From the NCBI GenBank assembly GCA_963664325.2, contig CAXXDQ010000002.1, positions 96,001 through 160,000 of the forward strand: a stretch of 64,000 nucleotides of DNA. Direction: 5' to 3'. Every line of letters starts with the position of its first letter. The first letter of the stretch is position 1. Of the stretch, positions 19,570 through 31,460 are shown piece after piece. Origin of the DNA: Desulfomonilia bacterium (GTDB lineage Bacteria; Desulfobacterota; Desulfomonilia; UBA1062). The translations under genes and the position numbers were made by a program. The notes under the pieces are model-generated. The model was not told the DNA's origin. It ran no database searches and worked only from the letters and a program-made list of their open reading frames with translations.

Positions 19570-19614
19570 TACGTAAATTACTGAAACGTATTATATTGTC
19601 AAGTAATTTACGTA
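19570..19614. promoter_or_regulatory. Inverted-repeat operator upstream of marR
   Basis: Perfect 13-bp inverted repeat TACGTAAATTACT / AGTAATTTACGTA, with a minus-strand TTGACA at 19597-19602. Confidence 0.55.
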
Positions 19615-19770
19615 TAAAAATAGTCTGCTGTCGCGGAAGATGTTTGTTCCAGGGTTTTCCTATTCTTTTAAGCCCTTATCCACCAGGTGAAATATGTAAA
19701 TAAGGATTTGCTTCTTGATAGAGGCCGGCTTTTGGCTTAGTGTCAGGATACATCCATCCAGGAGGTATTC

Positions 19771-20775
19771 ATGATTGGTGTAGTTTCCGATCTTGTTTTT
19801 ATGAACCACGACACCGGTGAAAATCATCCGGAAACACTTTACCGTATCCCGTATATCAATTCGCTGTTTTCGCCCCCAGGCCCCGGTATTTTAATGGTTG
19901 AGCCTATGGCCGCAGGAGTCGACGATATTCACCTCAACCATTCAAAAGACTATATAGAGCTCATAAAAAGAAGCTGCGCCCGCGGCAGCGGATACCTTGA
20001 CCCTGATACGGCTTATTCGACAGGTTCTTTCGAAACAGCCCTGAAGGCAGCAGGCAGCCTGATCAAGCTTGTCGATATGGCGCTGAAGAAAGAGATAAAA
20101 AGCGGTTTTGCGTTTGTGAGGCCCCCGGGGCATCACAGCCTTTATGACAGGGCGATGGGTTTCTGCCTGTTCAATAATGTGGCTATTGCAGCCCGAAAGG
20201 CAAAGGCAGAATTCGGCATCGAAAAAGTAATGATAATCGATTTTGACGTTCATCATGGAAACGGCACACAGGACAGCTTTTATGATGATGATTCTGTGCT
20301 GTATTTCTCGAGTCACCAGTATCCCTATTATCCCGGCACGGGGGGGCTTAGGGAAACCGGATGCGGTAAAGGAGAAGGTTTTACAGTCAACTGCCCGCTT
20401 GGTTACGGTAAGACCGATGGTGAATTTGCCTCTGTTTACAGTTATGTCCTTGCCCCTGTACTTAAGGCCTTTAAACCTGACCTTGTTCTCGTATCAGCGG
20501 GGTTTGACGCGCATATGCTCGATCCTATCGGCGGGATGCAGATTACAAGCGAAGGTTTTGGTATGCTTGCGGGAATCATCATGGATGCGGCGGCTCTCGT
20601 CTGCGCCCCTGTAGTTTACGTGCTTGAAGGCGGATACAGCCTGGAGGGTCAGAAGGAATCCGCTTCGGAGTTAATAAATGTTTTAAAGGGAGAACAACCC
20701 CCGGATATAATGCCAGAGGAATGCAGTGAACTCGACGGAATTATCGCCCAGCATAAAAATTACTGGCCTTTATAG
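19771..20775 (+). CDS. Histone deacetylase family protein (AcuC/AphA-like)
   Basis: HPE, RPPGHH, GFCLFNN, DFDVHHGNGT, SAGFD, LEGGY motifs. Confidence 0.93.
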   Translation: MIGVVSDLVFMNHDTGENHPETLYRIPYINSLFSPPGPGILMVEPMAAGVDDIHLNHSKDYIELIKRSCARGSGYLDPDTAYSTGSFETALKAAGSLIKLVDMALKKEIKSGFAFVRPPGHHSLYDRAMGFCLFNNVAIAARKAKAEFGIEKVMIIDFDVHHGNGTQDSFYDDDSVLYFSSHQYPYYPGTGGLRETGCGKGEGFTVNCPLGYGKTDGEFASVYSYVLAPVLKAFKPDLVLVSAGFDAHMLDPIGGMQITSEGFGMLAGIIMDAAALVCAPVVYVLEGGYSLEGQKESASELINVLKGEQPPDIMPEECSELDGIIAQHKNYWPL

Positions 20776-20800
20776 TTAATAGTAAAGTTTTTTTACTATA

Positions 20801-21550
20801 GTGCCGACAACTCCCTTTATGCCGGAAACCAACTATATCCAGGCCATTGAAGTAAAGGAATACCAGCCGGGTGAGATCATCGTCAAGGAGGGTGACTCCA
20901 ACGAAAATTTCTATGTAATCCTGGGCGGTGAAGTGCGTATAAGCCAGCTTAACAAGACCATCAGGCTGCTTTCGGACCATGACGTATTCGGGCTCGAAAA
21001 TTATTTCAGGGGAAACAATTACAGCACCACCGCCAGGGCCAGGAAGACTTCTAGAATAGCCACCTACAAATGTGAGCATATCGAAGAGATAGCATACACA
21101 AACCCTTCACTTATTTCTATAATACTCCAGTCCGCCTACACGCAGCTAGAACAGACAACATCGATAGCGGAAGCCAACATCCCGTACACTGAGGTGATAA
21201 ATCTCGATGTACGTGAATATGCCGATGGTGACGTGATAATTGATGAAGACACATTCGGCACTGAAATATTCAGGCTCACACAGACCGAGGGTGGGCTCGA
21301 TGTATTGAAGAAGGGCCGGTCAATCGCAGTCATCAGCAGGGCAGGGGAATACTTCGGCGAGATGAGCTTCATACTGGGCGAACCTAGAAGTGCGACTATC
21401 CGTTCAATCGGAAGGAGTGTTGTCGAGGTCATGTCCGTAGAAGACGGCGGTTTTGAAAAGATAATCCACGAAAACCCAGAAATCGCCGATAAGATTATCA
21501 GCGGCCTTGCCAAACGCCTCAAGGAGGCAAACCTTAAACTTGTGAAATAA
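20801..21550 (+). CDS. Tandem cyclic-nucleotide-binding domain protein
   Basis: Two cNMP repeats (IVKEGD…FYVILGGEV…FG; GEYFGEMS…PRSATIR), no HTH. Confidence 0.85.
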   Translation: MPTTPFMPETNYIQAIEVKEYQPGEIIVKEGDSNENFYVILGGEVRISQLNKTIRLLSDHDVFGLENYFRGNNYSTTARARKTSRIATYKCEHIEEIAYTNPSLISIILQSAYTQLEQTTSIAEANIPYTEVINLDVREYADGDVIIDEDTFGTEIFRLTQTEGGLDVLKKGRSIAVISRAGEYFGEMSFILGEPRSATIRSIGRSVVEVMSVEDGGFEKIIHENPEIADKIISGLAKRLKEANLKLVK

Positions 21551-21725
21551 ATATGCTGTTAAACTGGTGGCATATGACAGCTAACACGGCGCCGGCCTTT
21601 TCAATGGGTTCTCAGGTTTCATCGTAGAGCACACTTTCAATCGGTTTCTTGGTGGAATTTTAACTAAAACAAGCTGATAGGCATGGTCTTTCCCATACCC
21701 GTCAGCTCAATATCTGATTATACTG

Positions 21726-22610
21726 TCACGGCCAGGAATAAAATCCGCCTATCCTCTCACCGTCCCTGCGATATACTACAACTGTCGGATTTGTAATCCC
21801 GGTAAGCTTTTCAACCGATTTGACTGCATTTTCATAATAACCCACTTCATCTATAACGTGATAGTTCATGGCCGTATTGGCTGCCATGATCCTTCCGTCG
21901 CCGACTATTTTAATATCGGCTTCCGTCATGGCGGGTCTGTTCTTTTTAACCTTGGTAATGAAATCTGCATACATTTCATCAACTATTGACTTGTAAATGG
22001 CCTTTTCATCTTCGGTCATATCTTTCTTCGGTGAACCTGCAACCTTGTATTTACCTGAAGCTATTGTCTCATCACGCACGCCCAGTGTATCCATGAGGCC
22101 CTGGAAGCTTATGAAGGGAATAAACACACCGACATTTCCCACCATCGAAGTCGGCAATGCCACAATCCTGTCAGCAGATAGGGCTATCATATATGCTCCT
22201 GATGCGCCCATGTTCGTTATGCAGGCAACAACAGGAATTTTCTTTGTGGTCTTGAACTCCACTATCCTCCTGTATACAAGATCGGATGCCGTTACCGAAC
22301 CGCCGGGAGAGTCGATCTTGAGTATCAGGGCCTTTATGCTTGGGTCCTTGCCTGCAATATTCAGTATGCTGTCCAGGCGCTCAAGTGTGCCTTCCTGGGC
22401 AGTGAACATCTGCTTCATGCCGGTGGTAGTTATGATCCCCAGAATTTCCACAACAAGGACTTTGCTGTCAGTGCCTTTGTTGAGTACCCTTTCCTGCATG
22501 TTGGGAACCCGCATAAGACTCATGAGGTCAATTGAAACGAATGCGCAACCTCCAAGGGTCAATAGTATCAGTATAAATAAAACCGGCAGAAAAACTTTTC
22601 TATTTATCAT
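21726..22610 (-). CDS. sppA: Signal peptide peptidase SppA (36K type), lipoprotein-like
   Basis: IDSPGGSV, GASGAYMIA, GNVGV, SGKYK. Confidence 0.9.
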   Translation of the reverse strand: MINRKVFLPVLFILILLTLGGCAFVSIDLMSLMRVPNMQERVLNKGTDSKVLVVEILGIITTTGMKQMFTAQEGTLERLDSILNIAGKDPSIKALILKIDSPGGSVTASDLVYRRIVEFKTTKKIPVVACITNMGASGAYMIALSADRIVALPTSMVGNVGVFIPFISFQGLMDTLGVRDETIASGKYKVAGSPKKDMTEDEKAIYKSIVDEMYADFITKVKKNRPAMTEADIKIVGDGRIMAANTAMNYHVIDEVGYYENAVKSVEKLTGITNPTVVVYRRDGERIGGFYSWP

Positions 22611-24021
22611 GTATTTTACCTCCTACGGTAATCTCGGGTATTAAAAGTGTGGGCTGCGCATCTCCGACAGGCACACCCTGTCCGTCCTTGCCGCAAGTGC
22701 CTATGCCCCAGCCCAGATCGCTGCCGATATGTTCGATCGAGAGCAGTATCTTGGGACCGTTTCCTATGAGTGTTGCCCCTCTGATGGCCTCTCCGATTTG
22801 GCCCCTCTCAATCAGGTAACCTTCGGAAACTTCAAATACGAAATCTCCTGTTACGGGATTCACCTGTCCACCGCCCATCTTTTTTACATATAGACCCGTC
22901 TCGACCATTCTGACAATATCATTAGGCGTCTCTTTTCCGGGCGCAATTATCGTATTAGTCATCCTGGGAACCGGCCTGTGCCTGAACGATTCTCTCCTGC
23001 CGTTCCCGGTGGGTTTGAGGTTATATTTTGAAGCAGTGATCAGGTCGGTCATATATGATTTGAGTATCCCGTTTTCCACAAGGACGGTCCTTTCGGAAAG
23101 TGTCCCTTCGTCGTCGCACCCGATGCTTCCCCTCCTGCCTGGCAAAGTGCCGTCGTCTATTACGGTTATTGCGCTTGAAGCCACCTGCTCGCCGAGCCTC
23201 CCAGAATAAACCGAAAGCCCCTGGCCGGCGAAATCGGCTTCAAGCCCGTGCCCGATTGCCTCGTGCACCATTGTGCCACCGGCATCACTTGAAAGCACCA
23301 CCGGCATCAGCCCTGCCGGGGCATTCCGGGCGGAAAGGGACTGCGTTGCACGCATCAGTGCTATTTCAGCAATATTTTCAGGCCTGGTTTCCTCAAATAT
23401 CTCAAAACCGCGCGTGCCGCCTAAAGGTTCATATCCTGTTTCCATGATGCGTCCGTCGGAAACCACGCACTGTACAACAAAAATGGTCGAGCAGATATTA
23501 TCCTTGCAGGTAAACCCGCTGGAGTTAGCAATAAAGACCTGTCTGTGCGAATCGGAATACATGACTCTGACCTGGACAACCCTGCTGTCATTCTTCCACG
23601 CATACTCCTCAGCGCTTTTTACAAGAATGATCTTTTTCTCAGGGGCGACCGACGATGAAAGTATATTTGCTTTTGTCACCTGTTCCGCTGTCCTTTTCCT
23701 AAGGGAAACGACACGGCCTTTCTCTCCGCTTTTTATAGATTGGGCGACGGTTGAGGCCAGATCGGTAAGGTTGCTGATGTCATTGGTGTATGCATAGGCG
23801 CTTGCTTCCTTGTTCACTACTCTTATTCCTATACCGAAATCATTCGTCAGATTAAACTTCTCAATCCTTTTCGCCTCGGATGAAATAACGGTCCCTGTCT
23901 TTTTTTCAGCAAAAATTTCAGAAAAATCGCCTCCACCTGAAAGTGCCATTGTCAGGATTTTTTTAACATCAATATGTTCTATTTCATCAAATGCATTCAC
24001 AATCTTTCTATCTCCCGACAT
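22600..24021 (-). CDS. tldD: TldD metalloprotease
   Basis: HEAIGHGLEAD, PRMTNT, GTCGKDGQGVPV. Confidence 0.92.
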   Translation of the reverse strand: MSGDRKIVNAFDEIEHIDVKKILTMALSGGGDFSEIFAEKKTGTVISSEAKRIEKFNLTNDFGIGIRVVNKEASAYAYTNDISNLTDLASTVAQSIKSGEKGRVVSLRKRTAEQVTKANILSSSVAPEKKIILVKSAEEYAWKNDSRVVQVRVMYSDSHRQVFIANSSGFTCKDNICSTIFVVQCVVSDGRIMETGYEPLGGTRGFEIFEETRPENIAEIALMRATQSLSARNAPAGLMPVVLSSDAGGTMVHEAIGHGLEADFAGQGLSVYSGRLGEQVASSAITVIDDGTLPGRRGSIGCDDEGTLSERTVLVENGILKSYMTDLITASKYNLKPTGNGRRESFRHRPVPRMTNTIIAPGKETPNDIVRMVETGLYVKKMGGGQVNPVTGDFVFEVSEGYLIERGQIGEAIRGATLIGNGPKILLSIEHIGSDLGWGIGTCGKDGQGVPVGDAQPTLLIPEITVGGKIHDK

Positions 24022-24475
24022 TTTTCAGCTCCCTCTGCATATCCCGTTTTACGTCCCTTTCCTTGATCTCATGCTTCTTATCCGGCGCCGTTTTGCCTTT
24101 TGCCAGCCCCAGTTCAACCTTTATGCGGCTTCCCTTGAGGTAGATGGACAATGGAACAAGGGTAAGTCCTTTTTCCTTGACCTTGCCTGAAAGCCTCAGT
24201 ATCTCCCGCTTGTGAAGCAGGAGTTTCCTGGGCGCCCTGGGGTCATGGTTAAATATGTTTGCCTGTATATACGGATTGACATGCAGGTTTAAAAGGATCA
24301 TCTCGCCGTTTCTTACTATTGCATAGCAGTCCTTCATGCTTGCTCCGCCCTGTCTTAAAGACTTGACTTCCGAACCGGACAGGACGATGCCTGTTTCATA
24401 GGTTTCACTGATTTCATAAGAGAACTTCGCCTTTGAATTGTGGCAGAGCGTCTTTGTCTTAATCTCCTGTTTCAA
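24008..24475 (-). CDS. smpB: SsrA-binding protein
   Basis: ETGIVLSGSEVKSLR, RKLLLHKREI, LAKGK…DKK. Confidence 0.95.
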   Translation of the reverse strand: MKQEIKTKTLCHNSKAKFSYEISETYETGIVLSGSEVKSLRQGGASMKDCYAIVRNGEMILLNLHVNPYIQANIFNHDPRAPRKLLLHKREILRLSGKVKEKGLTLVPLSIYLKGSRIKVELGLAKGKTAPDKKHEIKERDVKRDMQRELKNVGR

Positions 24476-24548
24476 TTGGGCGTTCCTTTATTCAGGGTAT
24501 CATTGTATTCTTTAAAGAAAATTATTTAATCTTCTTTTGTATAAAAAT

Positions 24549-26318
24549 TTAGTCGAGAACAGTCTCAAAATCCGAATGCCTTTTGTATTCGTCAAAGATG
24601 AAAGCCTGGATTTCTTCCGCAGTCTTCATGCCCAGCAGGTGATCAACGACATTTGCACAGTTCGCAAGGTCGATTTTTCTTATCATTTCTTTGATATGGG
24701 AAATTGCGAAGGCATTCGTTGAGAACTGGTCAATGCCCATTCCCAGAAGAATCGGCGTATAGATAGTCCTTCCAGCCATTTCACCACACATCGAAACTGT
24801 TATGCCCGCCTGGTGTGCACAGTCAACTATGTATTTGATGAGCCTCAGAACAGCCGGGTGAAGCGGGTCATAAAGGTAGTTTACATATTCGTTTCCTCTA
24901 TCGATTGCTATTGAATACTGGATAAGATCATTGGTGCCTATGGAAAAGAAATCAACTTCCTTCGCCAGAAGGTCGGCTATTATCGCGGCGGACGGCACTT
25001 CTACCATTATGCCGATTTCAATATCTTCGTCAAAGGGAATCCCTTTCCTTTTGAAATCATGTTTGATCTTTTCAAGAATTTCCTTCGCCCTGTGGAGTTC
25101 TTCAATACCGGAAATCATAGGAAACATGATTGATGTGTTCCCATAGTTGCTGGCCCTTAAAATACCCCTAAGCTGTGTTTTGAAGAGTTCAGGCTCCTTA
25201 AGGCAGAGTCTTATCGCTCTCAAACCCATTGCAGGATTTGTTTCTTTTTTTATATCCCCAAGATGTGAATTAAGCTTGTCTCCGCCCAGATCCAGTGTCC
25301 TAATTATTGTCTGATAGGGGGAAACCGTTTCAACTACGGCCTTATATGCCTGGAAATGCTCTTCCTCGGTGGGTATGATTTCACGGTTGATATATAAAAA
25401 TTCGGTCCTGTACAGGCCGATCCCCTCTGCTCCATGGTCAAGGACAGTCTTTACCTCTTCCTTGAATTCGAGATTCCCAAGGACACTGACTCTGGTCCCA
25501 TCCAGTGTTATTGCCGGTTCCTTGGCCTTTTCCTGCAATTTCATTTCGAGAGTAAGATGTGACCTTGCCCTCTGTTGGTAATCAGATATCTGGTTATCAG
25601 TCGGATTAACGATAACCACTCCGGAAATGCCGTCAAGTATGAGCCTGTCGCCGGGATTGATGGATGTCGATGCCTTCTCAAGCCCTACAACTGCAGGGAT
25701 TTCAAGTGAATGGGCAATTATTGCAGTATGCGATGTCTGTCCGCCGACGTCTGTTGCGAATCCTAAAACCATATCCTTATTCAGCATTGCCGTATCAGCC
25801 GGAGAGAGGTCATGCGCAATGATTATGCTTCTGTCAATCAGGTGAAATCCCTTGATCTCCCGTCCTATAAGGTTCATCATGATGCGTTCACCGACAAAAT
25901 TTGTATCCGCAACCCTGCTTCTGATGTAATCGTCTCCTATCGAGGCAAAACTTTCTTCAATATCCTGAAGTGCAATTTTCAGTGCCCATTCGGCATTTAT
26001 AAGGTTTTTTCTGACAAATTTTTTAACCCTCTCGGTAAGTGAGGGGTCACTCAGCATCATCAGGTGAGTCTCCAGAATAAAGGCGTGATCCTTGACCGTA
26101 TTATGGGATTCAAGCTTCTTTTTCGCTTCCTCGATCTGTCTGTATGAGGCCTCTACAGCATTATCAAAACGCTTGATTTCATCTTCGACAAGACCTTCCG
26201 TTATACGTATTTTCGGATAGCGCTCAATGGCCTTCCTGTCAATTATTACTGCATTACCGATGGCTATACCCGCTGAGGCAGCCACACCGTGAAGTATGTG
26301 TACATGATGCTGTTTCAC
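24549..26318 (-). CDS. ptsI: PTS enzyme I
   Basis: GGQTSHTAI phospho-His motif, GIGLYRTEF, RTLDLGGDK, SIGTNDL, MCGEMAG. Confidence 0.95.
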   Translation of the reverse strand: MKQHHVHILHGVAASAGIAIGNAVIIDRKAIERYPKIRITEGLVEDEIKRFDNAVEASYRQIEEAKKKLESHNTVKDHAFILETHLMMLSDPSLTERVKKFVRKNLINAEWALKIALQDIEESFASIGDDYIRSRVADTNFVGERIMMNLIGREIKGFHLIDRSIIIAHDLSPADTAMLNKDMVLGFATDVGGQTSHTAIIAHSLEIPAVVGLEKASTSINPGDRLILDGISGVVIVNPTDNQISDYQQRARSHLTLEMKLQEKAKEPAITLDGTRVSVLGNLEFKEEVKTVLDHGAEGIGLYRTEFLYINREIIPTEEEHFQAYKAVVETVSPYQTIIRTLDLGGDKLNSHLGDIKKETNPAMGLRAIRLCLKEPELFKTQLRGILRASNYGNTSIMFPMISGIEELHRAKEILEKIKHDFKRKGIPFDEDIEIGIMVEVPSAAIIADLLAKEVDFFSIGTNDLIQYSIAIDRGNEYVNYLYDPLHPAVLRLIKYIVDCAHQAGITVSMCGEMAGRTIYTPILLGMGIDQFSTNAFAISHIKEMIRKIDLANCANVVDHLLGMKTAEEIQAFIFDEYKRHSDFETVLD

Positions 26319-26584
26319 AATAATTCTCCGAATCCTTCTTTTACAAGTTTTGAGAGGGCAGATAATGCCATGTCTTCGTCTTCACCTGATGCACTGATTG
26401 TGATCTCGGTACCCATGGCCGCAGATATGGTAAGAAGCTCCATGATGCTCTTGCCGTCTGCCTTGACATGATCTTTTGCAACCTCAATCTTTGATATGAA
26501 CGCTGCGGCTGTCTTGGCAAAACTTGCCGCAGACCTGGCATGCATGCCAAGTTTATTCGGTATTATAATTTTTTCCTGTCTCAT
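26315..26584 (-). CDS. ptsH: PTS phosphocarrier HPr
   Basis: NKLGMHAR (His15) and DGKSIMELL (Ser46). Confidence 0.93.
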   Translation of the reverse strand: MRQEKIIIPNKLGMHARSAASFAKTAAAFISKIEVAKDHVKADGKSIMELLTISAAMGTEITISASGEDEDMALSALSKLVKEGFGELL

Positions 26585-27288
26585 ATCTTTATAATCGTCA
26601 TTATCAGTATAAGTATAAACAGCCCATAAAAAATTAATAGAAAATCCATCTTTTTGTAAAAAGCAAGCATACTTATTAAAAATGCCGGTATTGCTATATA
26701 ATATTCAGCCTTGAGACTGCCGGGTGCAAAAACAATACAGACCCCGCATAAAAAGGGTATCAAAAGTGATATCATGCCTGATCTCTCGATCGAAATCGCC
26801 CTTCCCACAGAGAGCGCTCCCTGAGGGCCGTACTTGTATCCCTGCCAGAAACCCCAGCCCATTATCCAGAAATGGATCATATTGTAGATTAGGAGCACAA
26901 TAAGTATTCCCCAGAGCCAGCTGGCAAGTCCTGAAATGAGACATAAAAGGCATACAATAGGTTTAAGTGCTGCCCAGAAAAAATTGTCTCCAAGAGCGGC
27001 CAGTGCAGATGATACCGAGGGCAGAACCCTGATCACATCATTTGAATTGCCGTTTTCTACAAGGTTCAGATAAATGCCTTCGACCGGAGGTGCCATATAG
27101 GGCTGTGTATTGAAATGCCTGCTGCCAAGATCTGTTTTAATTTGCGGGTTTTCTTTATGAAAGGCCCTGATCCCCGGTGCGATTGAAAAGATAAATCCAA
27201 TATACTGCATGTTCTTGAATGTCCACGCACCCTGAATAAACAGAGAACGGAAAAGTATGTTTGATATGGTTTTTATCGGCAGTCCCAC
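26581..27288 (-). CDS. PTS mannose/fructose/sorbose family IID component
   Basis: QGAWTFKNMQYIGF, FNTQPY, LAALGDNFFW; probable GTG start at 27288. Confidence 0.85.
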   Translation of the reverse strand: MGLPIKTISNILFRSLFIQGAWTFKNMQYIGFIFSIAPGIRAFHKENPQIKTDLGSRHFNTQPYMAPPVEGIYLNLVENGNSNDVIRVLPSVSSALAALGDNFFWAALKPIVCLLCLISGLASWLWGILIVLLIYNMIHFWIMGWGFWQGYKYGPQGALSVGRAISIERSGMISLLIPFLCGVCIVFAPGSLKAEYYIAIPAFLISMLAFYKKMDFLLIFYGLFILILIMTIIKI

Positions 27289-27397
27289 AATGAATACAGA
27301 CCTACCACAAGCCTGCAAGCCGCGTCAATGAAGTCACCTGAAGCTTGACGGTTGACATTTGTTTGACCCGCGTTTAGCGTGAATTAATATTATTTAA

Positions 27398-28753
<1,356 letters not shown>

Positions 28754-28757
28754 GGCT

Positions 28758-31388
28758 ATGAAATATGATCACATGAGATCGAAGGATCGCATTGATTCCC
28801 TTATAAAATCTAACCGATGCCATTGCAGGGAGCCCTTTTATGGAAAGGCGGTGAAGCGTTCCCTTATTTTAATATTGGCATCAGCAATTCTTCTGACAGC
28901 GATTCTTCCCGGAGCAGTCTCTGCCGGGGAAAAACTTAAAATTTGTTATGCCGGAGCCAAGGGAAGCGTGTCACAGGCATTAAGCCTGGCGAAAGACTTT
29001 GAAGTTGCGACTGATGCGAATGCCGATATCTATGTCCTTAACGGACAAATCGATAATCCGAATAAGATTCTTGATCATGTGAAAGAAGGCGCGGGCCTTG
29101 TCCTCATAATGGGTAAAGATATAAAGGATAGTGATCTGAATATCCTTTTTGAGGCCCCGGTCAATCTAAAACCGCTGATAAAAGAGGAAAGCATAGATAA
29201 CCTTACAGGAGCGGAAGGATCAGTTGTTGACGATATTGTCTGGAACAGTTCGCCCCAGGTAAGGGAGCGCACCGAAATCAGCGGCATTAAACTGACTACA
29301 CTTGTTTATGGATACGGGAGCAAAGAAACAATTCTTGGGAAATACACTCTGGGCAAAGGCCGGGTATATATTTTCACACCTTATCTGACTGACAAGGCTA
29401 ATAAGGATTTTCAGGAATGGCCTTATTTCAATTATTTTATCTACAACCTTGCTGTCAGTGCAGCCGGCAGGACGCCGCAGAAATTTGCTGACTATCCCGC
29501 CTCGCCGGTCCCCCACAAAAACGAACGGCTGACAATCGTCACTTTTCTCCTACTGGTAAATATCACATTTTTCGGTCTGTTCGCAATTGTTAGACGCCAC
29601 AGCATTAAGCACCCCGAGGCCCTGGACCTGATAGTAAGCAACCGCGAGAATTATGAAGTCCGCGAGCAGGGCACCGACTGGGAAAACATAGGCTTCCACC
29701 GACCCCTCGGCGGGTTCATGTTCGCCCTTACCATAGGCCTGATACTTTTCGTCCCGCTCATAATCTATCAAAACCTCATACTGCCTTCATTCCTTCTGCC
29801 TTCTGCACAGGGGCTCGGGCTCTGGTTCCGTGTACTGCAGTTCTTCGAGGTGGCATGGATGTTCTTCGATATGGGCACGAGCACGGCCTTCATGAAATTC
29901 CTGAGCGAATACCGCATCAAGGACCCGAGGAAAGGCATACAGTACGGCCAGATGTTCGTGTGGTGGCAGATGCTCACCGGCGCACTCCAGGTCACAATCT
30001 TCGTGGCACTGTCAAGTTTTTTCCTTCCCAAGACTACCTATGCGATCTACACATGGATAATAATCATCCACGCGATCATTCAGACGCCCGGCATCTACCA
30101 GCTGATGCGTTATGCACTGACCGGTTTCCAGCGTTTCGATTATGCACAGATTGTTGATATCGGGTTCGCAGTCGTCTTTCCTATAATCGCGCAGCTCATC
30201 GTAGTATATCCCGTCTACAGGTGGGGGCTTGTTCATCCGACGATAGGCCCTGCCCTTGGCGGCGCGCTGGGAATGGCCATGGCACTCTATGCTACCGAGC
30301 TCCTTACATTCTTCATCGGCTATTTACTGTACCGAAGAATCGGCTACAGCATGAAGATACTATTCCTCGCTCATTTTGACTGGGAAGTCATAAAGAAGAG
30401 CCTTAAGTTCGGTGTGTTCGACATGCTGGGATCGCTCGTCGTGTCCGGGGCGCAGGCCCTTGAGATATTTATTACGCAGACCAAACTGATCAACTACACC
30501 GAGATATGGGGCAACTGGATGCTCGCCAAGAACTTCGTCTTTGCATTCCAGGTTATCGGGACGCTTTACAACAACCTGATGCCGGCCATCTCAGAGGCAT
30601 ATTCAAGGGGCAGGAAAATCCTCAGTCAGTATTACGCTGCGCTTGCTTACAAATACGGCGGCATGATCAGCTTTCTCCTGGGGGCGTTCCTTCTTGCAGT
30701 CTCCGACCGGTTCATCCTTGGTGCAACGGGCCCTCAGTTTTCAAGGGCTGCACTTTATTCGATCCCGCTCATGGTATGGGGCATGATACAATATCCTTCA
30801 TGGGTGGGCGACAATATACAGCGAGGCGTCAACAAACCGTGGCTGATCACGGCATTGTGCACAATGGAGCAGACTATCCGCGTTACTCTCGTCTTTATAC
30901 TTTTGGACAGGTTCCAGGTTATCGGTCTCATCATCGCCTACTTCGTCGGGCTGCTGACCAAGGACATAGTGTCCTATTTCGTCAATGACAAGGTGTGCTT
31001 CAAGCAGCGCTTCTTTTTCTGGCAGTCGATAGGCGCACCGTTCCTTGCTGGAGTTATCCTTTATGCAATTCTGAGAATACTGGGCACATATATATGGAAA
31101 TGTGATCAGATCACAAGCATGATACTTTTCTTTGTAGGCGCAGTACCGGGGCTGTTCATCTACAGCTTCCTTTATGCATTCTTTGGCGGATGGGATGTTG
31201 ATACGCTTGAAGAATTCAGGCATGGCGCTCAGCTCAGCAATTTCATGAAACCCCTTGCCATGCTAACTTACAAATGCTCGAAAATGGGCGCAGGTCTCAG
31301 TCCGCTGCATAACCGCTTTCCTATTACAATCAGGGAACAGGCGCTGCTGGAAGCCCAGTCCCTTATGAAGGAAAGGGTGGAGCTGTAA
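28758..31388 (+). CDS. Large membrane protein: extracytoplasmic GATase-like domain + MOP/oligosaccharide flippase-like domain
   Basis: N-terminal signal-like segment; soluble domain ending LGKGRVYIF…WPYFNYF; many TM helices with FDMGT…KFLSEY and LMPAISEAYS flippase-like motifs. Confidence 0.65.
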   Translation: MKYDHMRSKDRIDSLIKSNRCHCREPFYGKAVKRSLILILASAILLTAILPGAVSAGEKLKICYAGAKGSVSQALSLAKDFEVATDANADIYVLNGQIDNPNKILDHVKEGAGLVLIMGKDIKDSDLNILFEAPVNLKPLIKEESIDNLTGAEGSVVDDIVWNSSPQVRERTEISGIKLTTLVYGYGSKETILGKYTLGKGRVYIFTPYLTDKANKDFQEWPYFNYFIYNLAVSAAGRTPQKFADYPASPVPHKNERLTIVTFLLLVNITFFGLFAIVRRHSIKHPEALDLIVSNRENYEVREQGTDWENIGFHRPLGGFMFALTIGLILFVPLIIYQNLILPSFLLPSAQGLGLWFRVLQFFEVAWMFFDMGTSTAFMKFLSEYRIKDPRKGIQYGQMFVWWQMLTGALQVTIFVALSSFFLPKTTYAIYTWIIIIHAIIQTPGIYQLMRYALTGFQRFDYAQIVDIGFAVVFPIIAQLIVVYPVYRWGLVHPTIGPALGGALGMAMALYATELLTFFIGYLLYRRIGYSMKILFLAHFDWEVIKKSLKFGVFDMLGSLVVSGAQALEIFITQTKLINYTEIWGNWMLAKNFVFAFQVIGTLYNNLMPAISEAYSRGRKILSQYYAALAYKYGGMISFLLGAFLLAVSDRFILGATGPQFSRAALYSIPLMVWGMIQYPSWVGDNIQRGVNKPWLITALCTMEQTIRVTLVFILLDRFQVIGLIIAYFVGLLTKDIVSYFVNDKVCFKQRFFFWQSIGAPFLAGVILYAILRILGTYIWKCDQITSMILFFVGAVPGLFIYSFLYAFFGGWDVDTLEEFRHGAQLSNFMKPLAMLTYKCSKMGAGLSPLHNRFPITIREQALLEAQSLMKERVEL

Positions 31389-31392
31389 AAAG

Positions 31393-31450
<58 letters not shown>

Positions 31451-31460
31451 AAAAGATCAA

